Virus record (IMG/VR): IMGVR_UViG_3300037153_000324
Span: 1-64,000 of that record
DNA from: a virus
Length of the DNA stretch: 64,000 bases
Reading direction: 5' to 3' (one strand)
A program made the position numbers and the translations under genes. Under the pieces are notes generated by a model. It was not told the origin of the DNA. It worked only from the letters and a program-made list of their open reading frames with translations, and ran no database searches. This document shows positions 8,100-17,788 of the stretch, in pieces (within the stretch, counting starts at the first letter, position 1; the number at the start of each line of letters is the position of its first letter).

Positions 8100-8640
8100 A
8101 TCACCAATTACATCTCCATTTTCCAATTTCAAAAGAATAATCGAAAACCGCCCATTTGCAGGGGTTTTTCATTTGATACCGAACGTCTGTTTGATATCAA
8201 AAATCTATGTAATTCTACCGGATTCTGATGAAATTTGTATGGTTTACAACGGTGAAATTGGCGGGGCCAATATAAACACTAAAGCCCCTTTTTTTTACAT
8301 CTAAAATGTAAAAGAACAACCCCGTTTTTACCCTGTTTTTTTTACATTTTCCCATATTATACTTGCTATAACGAAATTAGTTTTGACCATTTTTTTTGAA
8401 TAATTCCAATTTCACGATTTGAGCGATTCTCAGGCATTTTTCGGGCTATTTTTCGAACACCTTTTTCAGAATTACTTTATAGCACAAATAATATGGGTAA
8501 AATGAAAATAAAAATGCCAGAAAAATAGCAAAAACGGCCCCAATAACCCACAAAATGTAAAACCTGAGAATGTAAAAAACGCAAAAACGACAAACGGACA
8601 AAAAATTTGCAAAAAACGGGATAATTGACAGAATCCACAG
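8100..8640. other. AT-rich A/T-tract region (candidate ori or packaging/terminus region)
   Basis: T-tracts 8285-8470 switching to A-tracts 8485-8620 in a ~1.7 kb non-coding gap between divergent arms. Confidence 0.45.
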
Positions 8641-8954
8641 GAGCCTCTCTGCCAGAACCTCGTTTCGGGCAAGGGAGAACTACCCCCAAGCCTTTTCAAG
8701 CCCTTAGAAACGCTCTCAGAGGCCCGCTCACAGCCTCACTTGACCTTCCAATCGGCCACAGATAGGCTCTTGTCGAAGGCGGGTATCACCCTTCCCCCTT
8801 CAGTCGCATGTTCAGGGCCGTTTGTCTCCCAGTGGCAACCGCAGGCCACTCGTCTCAAACGGCCCTACTCCTTGCCCTCATCCTCTCTCCTCTCTTCTCT
8901 CAGAATTACACCGGCAGAAATTACACCGACGAACCGACAGGGAGGAAAAATTAC

Positions 8955-9725
8955 ATGGCAGAGTTCGACACGTCTCTGATCCTGACAACACCGCACTTGC
9001 GCGGTAAGCGGGTCAAGGATGCTCAGTGGCTTCTTGCCGGTCACAACAGATTTTCAACCCGCAAGGTACCTGAGCAAATACACCCTTACCACGGCCGACT
9101 CGATGGCGAGTACGGCCCTGTCTGTGCCGAGGCAACCAAGCGGGCAAAGTACTGGCTCGGCTACCCAACGAAATCTCTCAATTACAGTTTTGGTCAGACG
9201 ATCTACGATTACCTGACCAAGACCACCCTGCCCGAAGATTTCCAGCACAGACGCGCAGACCGGATCAAGGCTCTCAAGAACACCGTGCCGCTCAAGGCAT
9301 TCAAGCTGGCGGAATCACAGATCGGCACGAAGGAAAAGCCGTTCGGCTCCAACCGCACTAAATACGGCGAGTGGTACGGCTTCAACGGCGTTGCCTGGTG
9401 CGCGATTTTCGTTTCTTGGTGTCTCTCGCACTCGGGCTGGAACTGGAAATATTCATACGTTCCCGAGATTGCCCGCATGGCGACTCTTGGCCTTCATCAC
9501 ATGCACCTGACTTTCACTCCCAAACGTGGCGATCTTGTCACGTACATCACAGGTGAAGGCCCGGACATGCACATCGCTTTCTTCGACCGCTGGATTGGTG
9601 TAGGCCAACATCAATTTTACGACCTTGGTGGAAATACAGGCCCAACCAACATGTCAAACGGTGGCTGTGTAATGCGCCAGATCCGCTATCGAGGCATGGT
9701 CAACCATTTCATCACCTTGGTTTAG
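8955..9725 (+). CDS. endolysin: peptidoglycan-binding domain plus CHAP amidase
   Basis: L..G..V...Q..L...DG.YGP PG-binding motif; WCAIFVSWC catalytic Cys, HIAFF His, GGNT; GGAGG RBS. Confidence 0.85.
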   Translation: MAEFDTSLILTTPHLRGKRVKDAQWLLAGHNRFSTRKVPEQIHPYHGRLDGEYGPVCAEATKRAKYWLGYPTKSLNYSFGQTIYDYLTKTTLPEDFQHRRADRIKALKNTVPLKAFKLAESQIGTKEKPFGSNRTKYGEWYGFNGVAWCAIFVSWCLSHSGWNWKYSYVPEIARMATLGLHHMHLTFTPKRGDLVTYITGEGPDMHIAFFDRWIGVGQHQFYDLGGNTGPTNMSNGGCVMRQIRYRGMVNHFITLV

Positions 9726-9731
9726 TTGAAA

Positions 9732-9806
9732 ATGTGGCAGATACTTCTCTTCGTCGCCATCATCGCCGTTGTCTCGTACTGGGTTACCTTTGCCTTCTTC
9801 AAGTAG
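9732..9806 (+). CDS. 24-aa membrane peptide MWQILLFVAIIAVVSYWVTFAFFK
   Basis: hydrophobic micro-ORF directly after the endolysin. Confidence 0.45.
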   Translation: MWQILLFVAIIAVVSYWVTFAFFK

Positions 9807-9976
9807 GATAGACAAACCGTACTTGACGAAATTTTGGTTCGGTAATTCATGGCACTATGTTCACACGAAGCACTGCTACCGGCTCAATCATCGTTTTTTC
9901 GGCAGATGGGTCGGCTGCGTTTCGTACCGACGTTTGAATTCCGAACTGATCGGGTAGACCTGCTAGGCTCGGTCGA

Positions 9977-10140
9977 GGGGGCGTGGGCTAAGCGGCCGTA
10001 ACGGTGCTCTGCGCCAAGCTGGTGTGATCCCGTGCGCCCCCTGAAATCTTGAAATTTGCCTGTCCATGACGAGTCCCCCTTTTCGTGGACACAGAGGCAA
10101 ACTGGGGAGGCACTTAGCGGCTAGGTTGGGTGTCTCCCCA
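9977..10140 (+). ncRNA. three consecutive hairpins (structured leader or ncRNA)
   Basis: GGGGCG..CGCCCC; TTTGCCT..AGGCAAA; TGGGGAGGCAC..GTGTCTCCCCA with G-U pairs on the + strand. Confidence 0.45.
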
Positions 10141-10174
10141 ATCCCTCTCTCCCTCTTCCTAAGGAGAAAATGAA

Positions 10175-10375
10175 ATGCCGAAGAAAGCCTATTCGAAAGG
10201 CTCCCGTAAGGCACTCTCCGCAATGAAAAAGCGTTACGGAGCCAAGAAGGGCACGTCGATCTTCTACGCGAAATCAAACAAGTACGGCAAGCGAGGAAAA
10301 TCGAATGCCACCAAGGCAAATTCCGTCTACTCGAAAGGCTCGCACCGGGTCAAGAGGAGTCGAAAGCGACGATGA
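10175..10375 (+). CDS. small Lys/Arg-rich protein
   Basis: TAAGGAG RBS; no acidic residues. Confidence 0.75.
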   Translation: MPKKAYSKGSRKALSAMKKRYGAKKGTSIFYAKSNKYGKRGKSNATKANSVYSKGSHRVKRSRKRR

Positions 10376-10533
10376 CCGCAAAGAAGGTCAAGAAATACAC
10401 TGATCCGTACGCTTGCGTTTTCTGCGGTCACAGTGTAGATATGCACATTCGCCGTCCAACTCCCTCCTGCCGTGTAATCAAACTGGGTACCGGAGAAAAA
10501 TGTAAATGTCAGGGGTTCAACAGAAAACCGTAA
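10372..10533 (+). CDS. small Zn-finger protein (CVFCGH..H..C..CKCQGF)
   Basis: translated by hand, ATGA overlap. Confidence 0.6.
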   Translation: MTAKKVKKYTDPYACVFCGHSVDMHIRRPTPSCRVIKLGTGEKCKCQGFNRKP

Positions 10534-10718
10534 AATTACCGTTCAAGCTCAGCGCTCAGGTGAAAGGAGTGCAAAAGGCATATGGGCGTTTTGTCCAACA
10601 GTACGGCCAAGGTGAAGGCACTCGTATCTTCTTGGCGAAAGCCAAAGAGCAGGGAAAAGGAAAAACCATCCGACAAAAAGTAATTAGCGTCTACAAGAAG
10701 GGTGCGAAATTGAACTAG
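10506..10718 (+). CDS. small basic protein, paralog of 10175..10375
   Basis: shared YG..G..IF.AK....GK......K..SVY.KG pattern. Confidence 0.7.
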   Translation: MSGVQQKTVKLPFKLSAQVKGVQKAYGRFVQQYGQGEGTRIFLAKAKEQGKGKTIRQKVISVYKKGAKLN

Positions 10719-10719
10719 C

Positions 10720-11103
10720 GTGCCCAAGCACAACCCAACAGCCAAGGGCTTTCCTCCTGAAGCCGAAGTCGTCAGAGCGGATGAAATGAGAGCCGTCCTG
10801 CAACGAGCAGAGCAAGAGCATCTGTCCAACCATAATTACAGTCCCGACGGTCATCGTATCAACACTCTGCGCCCTGTTGGCCCGAAGGACTGGCTTGCTC
10901 AGGACACAGGACTGAATCGCCGCACTATTCAGCACATCATGAATGACGGCCAGAAATACATTGGCCTCTCGGTAGCCGACAAGATTTTGACTGGCCTTGA
11001 GCTAACCCATTTGCTCGGTCGTGAAATTACTGTGATCCCCAACCCAAGCTGGTCGCTAGAGCGCTGGCAGCGGTACATGGACGAGCGCGGATGCCGCCGT
11101 TGA
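10720..11103 (+). CDS. HTH DNA-binding protein
   Basis: WLAQDTGLNRRTIQHIMN HTH-like segment, ADKIL. Confidence 0.65.
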   Translation: MPKHNPTAKGFPPEAEVVRADEMRAVLQRAEQEHLSNHNYSPDGHRINTLRPVGPKDWLAQDTGLNRRTIQHIMNDGQKYIGLSVADKILTGLELTHLLGREITVIPNPSWSLERWQRYMDERGCRR

Positions 11104-11166
11104 CATAGGTCTATATGTGCTACAAATCAGGTGTCTTGCCTCACTCTCGGGCGGACGTTTCGGGCC

Positions 11167-11196
11167 AGGGGGCGGAGAAATCCGCCCCCTCTTTTG
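11167..11196 (+). terminator. intrinsic terminator
   Basis: AGGGGGCGGA-GAAA-TCCGCCCCCT then CTTTTG. Confidence 0.75.
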
Positions 11197-11257
11197 TTGC
11201 CGGAATGAAAAATCGTTATGCTGCGGATTTCCGCGTAAAGCCCACAGGAAGAAGGCG

Positions 11258-12943
11258 TTGGCCCGCAAAGCAGTAGCCGCAAATCCCAGGCCGAAGAGCA
11301 GAATTTCACCCATTCGCGCACTGTCCAGACCGGACGAGTGGGCGATTGGTATGGGCTTGAGAGTAGATGCACGTCCCTTCAGCCTTGAAGGGCGCGAATA
11401 CGTGCGCCAGGTGATCCGGGACTTCTCTCCCGAAATCGTGATCCCCAAGGCTGCACAGATGGCCTTCACAATTACATTCCTTACCCGCTCCCTTCACTCC
11501 GTGGTCGAGCGGAAGTGGAATGGAATGTATTTGCTCCCGCTCAAAACGGGGGCCGTTCCCTTTGTTCAAGCCAGAATCGACCCGATCATCGAGTCCAATG
11601 CCTACCTCGATGCGAAATTTGCGTCAGTGGACAACCGCCTGCACAAGCAGACCACTGACCGGGTGAACCTCTACATCAGAGGCACCAACATTTCGTCCGA
11701 GGTTCAGGAAGTTCCGGTCGATTTTGAAATTTGGGACGAGCGTGATCGGATGGTGGAAGAGAACCTAGAGGACGCACGTCACCGGATGGACGGATCGCAA
11801 GTCAAGAAGCTGGTGCAGCTTTCCACTCCGACTGTCGATGGTCATGGCGTCTATAGCGACGATGCTTGGCCTCTTTCCGATCAGCACAGATGGGAAATTG
11901 CCTGTCCCGCTTGTGGTCGTTACCAATGCCTGAATTTCGATGACAAGGAATTGGATTACACCAATCTCAAGCTCGGAGACACTGCCGACGAGTGCGTGCT
12001 CGAATGTGCGTACTGCAAATATGCATTTACCGACCTAGAGCGCAAGACCGCAAATGCGACGGGTCGATGGGTCGCTGCAAACCCAAACGGCCTGCTTCGG
12101 GGATATTTCATCAACCAGTTCAATTCCCCAACGCAGTCTTTGTGGGAAATCATGCGTGGCTATTATGCGGGGCAGACAGATCAAAGGAAATTGAAGGCTT
12201 TTTGGCAGCAGAATATGGGCAGGCCGTATTCAGCGCCGGGAGACAGGATCACCGTCGAGCTTCTAGACAAGTGCCGTCTGCGTGGTTATTCCCTCGGTGG
12301 AATTCCAACCTCCTCGATTCATCTCGGAATCGACGTAGGAAATGTAATTCACGTATGGGCGTACATGCAAGATCGTCAGAAGCGAAACTACGTCTGGCAG
12401 GTCAAGCTTTTTCGTGAGTGGAGCCAGTTGGACAAATTCCTTGGCTCGCTCATCTCCTTTGTTGGTGTCATCGACGCGCATCCGGAAAAGTCGAAAGCTC
12501 GCGAGCTTTGCATGAAATATCACGGCAAGCTCTTCATGGGATTCGAGCAAGACCGCGATCAGCAGGGTGAAATTGCGACGTGGGATAACGTGAAGCCACG
12601 TCAGGTGCCGGAAGTGAAGATCGACCGCACTCTCGCTTTCGACACTGTAATTTCACACATGATGAACGGTGCAACCGTCTTGCCTGCCAATGCCCGTGAG
12701 CTTGGCGAGGCTATGCCGATGAAGCCGTGGAATGGGCTGTATCACCATCTGATTCAGCAGGTGCGTGTCGAAGAGGAAAATACAAAAGGACAGTTGATTG
12801 CTCGTTGGAAGCGAAACAAGAACCCTGACCACTGGCATCACGCGATGATGTTCGCGACAGTGGCGCTTTTGAAAAATGCCCCGCTGCAAGTACCTGCGGG
12901 ATTTTCAAAAGCGGTTGGAGGGAGGAGTCTCGTTGGAGCGTAA
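11258..12943 (+). CDS. terL: terminase large subunit, lambda gpA family
   Basis: KAAQMAFT Walker-A variant, IWDERDRM Walker B, LSTPT, CPACG..Q Zn finger, GIDVG nuclease, DHW.HA; TTG start chosen from RBS. Confidence 0.9.
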   Translation: MARKAVAANPRPKSRISPIRALSRPDEWAIGMGLRVDARPFSLEGREYVRQVIRDFSPEIVIPKAAQMAFTITFLTRSLHSVVERKWNGMYLLPLKTGAVPFVQARIDPIIESNAYLDAKFASVDNRLHKQTTDRVNLYIRGTNISSEVQEVPVDFEIWDERDRMVEENLEDARHRMDGSQVKKLVQLSTPTVDGHGVYSDDAWPLSDQHRWEIACPACGRYQCLNFDDKELDYTNLKLGDTADECVLECAYCKYAFTDLERKTANATGRWVAANPNGLLRGYFINQFNSPTQSLWEIMRGYYAGQTDQRKLKAFWQQNMGRPYSAPGDRITVELLDKCRLRGYSLGGIPTSSIHLGIDVGNVIHVWAYMQDRQKRNYVWQVKLFREWSQLDKFLGSLISFVGVIDAHPEKSKARELCMKYHGKLFMGFEQDRDQQGEIATWDNVKPRQVPEVKIDRTLAFDTVISHMMNGATVLPANARELGEAMPMKPWNGLYHHLIQQVRVEEENTKGQLIARWKRNKNPDHWHHAMMFATVALLKNAPLQVPAGFSKAVGGRSLVGA

Positions 12944-13547
12944 GCGTTCAACACCGTCTGATCGCGCAGAGACACAGCGACAGCAGGTAAAGCGTGTTCG
13001 GCGTCGGTACAAAGTCAACCTCAGCACACGAAGAAAATTCCTGCCGGGTGAGCAAGATCACATTGCCGATATGGTGATTGTTCTCAAGCTCGCCGGTTAC
13101 TCGCGTGTTCAAATAGGAAGTGTCGTTGGAATTTCAAGAGGACAGGTCAGGGAAGTCCTTGAAGATCCGGCTGTACAGGAAAAGCTCGTCCTCTTGCGGA
13201 GTAAGTTGCCGCAAGCGGCCCTGGAATTGCTGCACGGTTACTCAATCGAGGCTGTGCAGTCGATTGTCGCCGTCATGCGTGAGTCAGGTGACGACTCGCT
13301 GGTGCTCAAGGCGGCGGGTGAAATTCTAGACCGCGCAGGTGTCGTCAAAGCTTCTCGTCAGGAGCGGCACAACGTGATCGAGGAAGTCACGACGTTTGCC
13401 GACGATGGAATTGTTGATCGACTGCGTGAAGCTCCGGTACATGTGCAGGAAGAGGCTGCCCAAATTATCGAGAAGCTGGAAGAGCTAATGGCTCAGAACG
13501 CTGACGGAAATTCAGCACCGGAGCCAGAGGAAACGACCGATGAGTAG
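12933..13547 (+). CDS. HTH protein, probable terminase small subunit
   Basis: LKLAGYSRVQIGSVVGISRGQV HTH and LKAAGEILDRAG motif; between TerL and portal. Confidence 0.6.
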   Translation: MERKRSTPSDRAETQRQQVKRVRRRYKVNLSTRRKFLPGEQDHIADMVIVLKLAGYSRVQIGSVVGISRGQVREVLEDPAVQEKLVLLRSKLPQAALELLHGYSIEAVQSIVAVMRESGDDSLVLKAAGEILDRAGVVKASRQERHNVIEEVTTFADDGIVDRLREAPVHVQEEAAQIIEKLEELMAQNADGNSAPEPEETTDE

Positions 13548-15057
13548 ATGGCGGAAAGTTTGGGAGCAGGTAATTTCACCGTGGAGTTGGTTTCTTGATG
13601 GAGGAGTGCGCTCTACGGTAAGGGCTGTTGGCCTGAAATTCTGGCCTCCCAGGCATCCGCTCTACGAAGGCACCATTGTCAACTTCGAGCTTACTCGTCA
13701 GCTTTACCGAAATTCTGGTGACGCAGCACTTGGCACGGCATTTGCCAAACCGATTGTCGATCTTCAAGTGCAGTTCATGGGTTTACCGCTTGCATCGACT
13801 GGCGACGAGGCAATCGACACGTTCCTGAACGAATGTCTGCATACCTATTGGGTTGATGAAATTCAACAGGGTATGCGGGACTCTATTCGTGATTCACTTG
13901 TAATTATCCGGCTACAACAGCCGGATTTGTTTGACCCGCTCATGACAATCGAGGAGCAAGAGCATTGCACAGTCGAATGCATTGCACCCGAGCGCGTACA
14001 GATCGAGCGTGACGTTGCCAATAAGCGCATCATTCGGAAGGCAATCGTCAGTCACAGAATGCAATTTGTAACAGATCCCGGCAGTGTCACCGAGGGTCGT
14101 GAACCGATTGTCGAGGAGCATGAAGTCCTTGAAATCATCACACGGGACACGTACCGCTTCTTCGACCAGAACACGAACGAATACATCGACTCGCTAGGCG
14201 CTCCGAACCGCTGGAATTTCGTGCCACTTTTGGAAGCGTGGAACGAGTGGGATACGGCTCTGCAAGGCGGAATGTCTGACCTAGAGACTGTAATTCCATT
14301 CATGCAGGCTTTTCACGACGTACTAACGCAGGGGTTACAGGCGCATAAGTATCACTCGACCCCGAAGTTGAAATTGCGGCTCTCGGATGTTCTTGCATTT
14401 ATTCGGGCGAATTTCCCGGATATCATCGACCCCGAGACAGGCGACGTGATACCGAATGCGACGATCAACTGGAACGGTCGTGAAGTCCTGTTTTTCCAGG
14501 CAGAGGATGACGCAGGTTTCATCGAGGCCAAATCGGTACTCAACGACACCAAGACGTTGCTGGAATTTCTGATTGATTGTATTTGCATTGCTAGCCAGAC
14601 TCCTGAGTGGGCTTTCATGCGGGTTGATAGTGGCTCTGCAAACTCCGACCGCAACGCGCAGACCGTTCCGTTCGTGAAGAAAATCGACCGGAAGCGTAAC
14701 GGTCATGCGAAGTGGATTCAGGAGCTTTGCAAGATGGTGCTCGTCTCTCAGAACGAAATTCCACATCGACCGACGATTACTTGGCAGATGATTCGGGTTG
14801 ATGACGAGGTTCTTTTCATGCAGGCATTTCAGCAACTCGTCATGGGGTTGGAAGTCGCTGCGGCCAGGGGTGAAATCTCAGACGAGACATACCGGAAGAT
14901 GATAAAGCAGTTCCTTCCGGCGATGAAAAATACGACGCAGGAAGCCATCGACGCTCAGAGAGACTTCAGAGCGCAACAGGTGCAACAGGCGGCTCTCAAT
15001 CCGGCTCCTACGCAACCGCTACCCGTTCAGGGTGGCCCACAAGGCTCCAACGAATGA
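13540..15057 (+). CDS. portal protein
   Basis: 505 aa after terminase; GMSDLE.VIP...AFH and SQTPEWAF segments typical of SPP1-like portals. Confidence 0.85.
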   Translation: MSRWRKVWEQVISPWSWFLDGGVRSTVRAVGLKFWPPRHPLYEGTIVNFELTRQLYRNSGDAALGTAFAKPIVDLQVQFMGLPLASTGDEAIDTFLNECLHTYWVDEIQQGMRDSIRDSLVIIRLQQPDLFDPLMTIEEQEHCTVECIAPERVQIERDVANKRIIRKAIVSHRMQFVTDPGSVTEGREPIVEEHEVLEIITRDTYRFFDQNTNEYIDSLGAPNRWNFVPLLEAWNEWDTALQGGMSDLETVIPFMQAFHDVLTQGLQAHKYHSTPKLKLRLSDVLAFIRANFPDIIDPETGDVIPNATINWNGREVLFFQAEDDAGFIEAKSVLNDTKTLLEFLIDCICIASQTPEWAFMRVDSGSANSDRNAQTVPFVKKIDRKRNGHAKWIQELCKMVLVSQNEIPHRPTITWQMIRVDDEVLFMQAFQQLVMGLEVAAARGEISDETYRKMIKQFLPAMKNTTQEAIDAQRDFRAQQVQQAALNPAPTQPLPVQGGPQGSNE

Positions 15058-15200
15058 GAACCCGGCCAGCAGTACCGAGAATTGGGCGTAGAAGGAAATT
15101 GCGTGTGAAAAAGACCGCGAGACGGACGATTGCCGGAAAGCGTAATCCGAAGCAGCTTTCGGCCGCACTGGGACGGAAGAGAGTGAGGAGACGCAGATGA
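15054..15200 (+). CDS. protamine-like 48-aa Arg/Lys-rich peptide
   Basis: MRTRPAVPRIGRRRKLRVKKTARR...RKRVRRRR; ATGA overlap with the portal stop. Confidence 0.6.
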   Translation: MRTRPAVPRIGRRRKLRVKKTARRTIAGKRNPKQLSAALGRKRVRRRR

Positions 15201-15340
15201 GCAGGATCAACACAGTTCCGGGTGGCCGTGTAATTTCAGGTTACGGTGGCCCGATTCAATGGCTCAGAGAAACGAACGGCCGGAAGATTGCGAGAATTAC
15301 ACCAACTCTCGGATTTTTTGGGAGGTTGATCCGCAGGTAA
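15197..15340 (+). CDS. small basic peptide (47 aa)
   Basis: GAGGAG RBS; ATGA and TAATG coupling on both sides. Confidence 0.55.
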   Translation: MSRINTVPGGRVISGYGGPIQWLRETNGRKIARITPTLGFFGRLIRR

Positions 15341-15534
15341 TGGCACGAAAGCGCAGTGGAATCAAGATCAAGAAATCTCACCAAGGCCGCTTGCGAAGAA
15401 AAGCGGGTACAAAGAAGGGAAAGAAAATCCCGGTTTCCAAGCTCCGCTCGATGAAGAAGAGTAAAAGCGCAGCAACTCGTCGTCAGGCGACATTCGCCCT
15501 GAACGCGAGACGCTGGAATCGCGGAAGGAGGTAA
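15340..15534 (+). CDS. highly basic protein (KKIPVSKL...RRQATFA family)
   Basis: GGAGG RBS, TAATG coupling, no acidic residues. Confidence 0.75.
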   Translation: MARKRSGIKIKKSHQGRLRRKAGTKKGKKIPVSKLRSMKKSKSAATRRQATFALNARRWNRGRR

Positions 15535-15539
15535 TTACA

Positions 15540-15644
15540 CTGAGAATTCTAAGGGTACCAACATACGGGCCAAAGGGGAAGGTAATTTTCAAGAATCCCA
15601 CGACCCGTATCGTTCACAGTCCTCCCGGCAAGGTTCACAAGTAG
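15540..15644 (+). CDS. small basic peptide with apparent CTG start
   Basis: GGAGG-TAATTACA-CTG, 34-aa open frame filling the gap. Confidence 0.45.
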   Translation: MRILRVPTYGPKGKVIFKNPTTRIVHSPPGKVHK

Positions 15645-15654
15645 GAGGAATTAC

Positions 15655-16038
15655 ATGACAAAGATCGTCAAAGCATCGAACACCAAGTCTCCCAAGACTC
15701 CTCGCGAGCTTTCCAGCGGTGGTGAAATTGCGGAGAGCAAGAATCAGATCGCACAGCGCGGAAAGCGTCGTACCACTTCCGATGCGAAAGTTCGCCGGGT
15801 CATGGCTCGCGACCCGCAAGATCCGCTGTCGAGAGGCGCTCCTGCCAAAGACGTGACGGAGCAAATTCGGGGTTACAGCAATCCCAACGTGGATTTCGAC
15901 CCGTCACAGGCTCCGGGTGCAGTCTCGGTCAAAAAGGCTCCGCTTCCGAAGCCGGGAAATACAAATGCGGGGCACCAGAAGGTCATCAAATACAACAACC
16001 AGCAGAGGACTGGCGGAAAAACGCTCAAAAGGCACTGA
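15655..16038 (+). CDS. basic low-complexity protein
   Basis: AGGAGG RBS, 127 aa. Confidence 0.75.
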   Translation: MTKIVKASNTKSPKTPRELSSGGEIAESKNQIAQRGKRRTTSDAKVRRVMARDPQDPLSRGAPAKDVTEQIRGYSNPNVDFDPSQAPGAVSVKKAPLPKPGNTNAGHQKVIKYNNQQRTGGKTLKRH

Positions 16039-16039
16039 G

Positions 16040-17200
16040 ATGGATTGGGCTGAAATTTTCGAACAGTTCGATTTTGTAGCAGCCGAGTATTCCTCGGATG
16101 CAGTTGCGGGATTGGTACCGCTTGATCCTGCAACTGTTGCTGCGGTTACGGAAGGCGATCCGGAACCGAAATTCGCAACGTTCGTGATCGAATCGGGTTG
16201 GTCGAAGTCCAAGCGCTTTTGGGGGCCAGAGCTATTTCAGAACGTGGCGGAGCAGATCAATTCTTCGGACGAGTCGATTGTGGGTTACATGGGCCACATT
16301 CGGCCCGAGGACGATCCGTACGTGTTTCCTGAAATTCAGCTTCATTGGCTCCGAGCAAAGGCAATTTCAGCGGGTGACAAAGCGAAGCTCGCTGTCAAAG
16401 CCTACGTTCTACCGGGAACGAAAGGCCGTGACTACCTCAAGCGCGGTCTTGTGAAATCCGTCTCCTGGCGAGGCAAAGTGCTACAGGTGCCGTTCGAGAA
16501 GGGGGTTCGCGTAAAGGAATATGTAATCGAGTCCATCGACCTGTCTCGGCCGCGTGCTGCCGGGATGAGTGCAAAACTCGTCGGCGGTCTGACGAGCGAA
16601 ATGGAGGAAGGGAGTGACGAAGTGAAGCCAGAGGAAATTTCCGCCTTGGCTGCAAACGAGCTTCGTGCGCACAATGCCAAGCTCGTCAGCGAAATCGAAG
16701 CGGACGCGAGAAAGCCGCTCGAAGTGAAAGTCTCCGAGATGGAAACGGAGAATGAGTCACTGAAGGCGGATGGCGACATTCTTGCCAAGGTTCGTGCTGC
16801 TCTGGAAATTTCTCCGGATGCGGATGTGCTCGATGTTCTCGGCAAGGTGCTCGATCAGGTGAAGGCTGCTGGTCGTACCGTACGCGAGTCCATCCTCGCA
16901 ACGGTGCTCGAAAAGAAATTCAAGGACAGGGGTACACAGAAGCTCGTTGCCGCTGCGCTTGCTTCTGAAATGTCCGGCCTCACGCTTTTTTGCGACGAGG
17001 CGCATCGTGACGACGATCAGAAGGCCGTCTCGGAGATGGTCAACAATTACATCAACCAGGACGACGATCTGAAAAAGTTGGTTTCGGAGATGGAGGAGAC
17101 TCCTCCTGCTGTCACCAACACGTCGCCCCCGAGAGACAACGATCCCGAGTACAAGCCGGGAATGGAAAATTCCCGCATTCGCGTTCGTTCAGCAGCGTAG
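16040..17200 (+). CDS. prohead protease / scaffold fusion
   Basis: [28 protein letters not shown] herpes-fold protease motifs plus coiled-coil C-terminus; before the capsid gene. Confidence 0.75.
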   Translation: MDWAEIFEQFDFVAAEYSSDAVAGLVPLDPATVAAVTEGDPEPKFATFVIESGWSKSKRFWGPELFQNVAEQINSSDESIVGYMGHIRPEDDPYVFPEIQLHWLRAKAISAGDKAKLAVKAYVLPGTKGRDYLKRGLVKSVSWRGKVLQVPFEKGVRVKEYVIESIDLSRPRAAGMSAKLVGGLTSEMEEGSDEVKPEEISALAANELRAHNAKLVSEIEADARKPLEVKVSEMETENESLKADGDILAKVRAALEISPDADVLDVLGKVLDQVKAAGRTVRESILATVLEKKFKDRGTQKLVAAALASEMSGLTLFCDEAHRDDDQKAVSEMVNNYINQDDDLKKLVSEMEETPPAVTNTSPPRDNDPEYKPGMENSRIRVRSAA

Positions 17201-17214
17201 AGAGGAGGAAATTC

Positions 17215-17775
17215 GTGTCAGACGACGCTGCAATCGACAACAAGGAACACATCCCGTTCGATGCGCTCGAAGAGGAGTCGTACGGCTCGCCAGGGCATGT
17301 TCAGACGGGTGTTGCTCCTGTTCTCGGCCCGACACCATCCGCAAAAGGAAATCCCTACGTGAGCGAGGAAGAGCAGAACATGGAGATGGAGCCGAAGGTG
17401 ATGGGGCCGGGGCCATTCGGTTCTCCGATCCCGGAAACGTCTGCTGGTCGGTTGATGCCGATTCAGGATCACCCGCTCAACGCTGAAAATCTGCCGGAAG
17501 GGCATCCGGCAGCGCTTGCGAGCGATTTCGGTCAAGAGGCCGAAGGGAAGAAAATCGCTCCCGGTGAGGCAACGCCGCATTCGGGCATGCCGACGGGTGG
17601 CGAGAGCACGGCAACCGCCGAAGGCGACTACGAAGAGATGACGGTTGCACAGCTTCGTGATCTGGCGAAGGAGCGGGGAATTTCAAGTTACTCGTCCATG
17701 AACAAAGACGAGTTGATCGAGGCCCACGAAACCTACGACGAGAATGGCGGCGAGAAGGAATCCGACGAAGCATAG
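17215..17775 (+). CDS. acidic protein with C-terminal Rho-N/HeH domain
   Basis: [32 protein letters not shown]. Confidence 0.75.
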   Translation: MSDDAAIDNKEHIPFDALEEESYGSPGHVQTGVAPVLGPTPSAKGNPYVSEEEQNMEMEPKVMGPGPFGSPIPETSAGRLMPIQDHPLNAENLPEGHPAALASDFGQEAEGKKIAPGEATPHSGMPTGGESTATAEGDYEEMTVAQLRDLAKERGISSYSSMNKDELIEAHETYDENGGEKESDEA

Positions 17776-17788
17776 GAAGGAGGAAACT

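Noticed and set aside
6972-8699. ORFs called in the 7-8.7 kb gap
   Set aside because: No RBS, atypical composition, and overlap on both strands; likely spurious.
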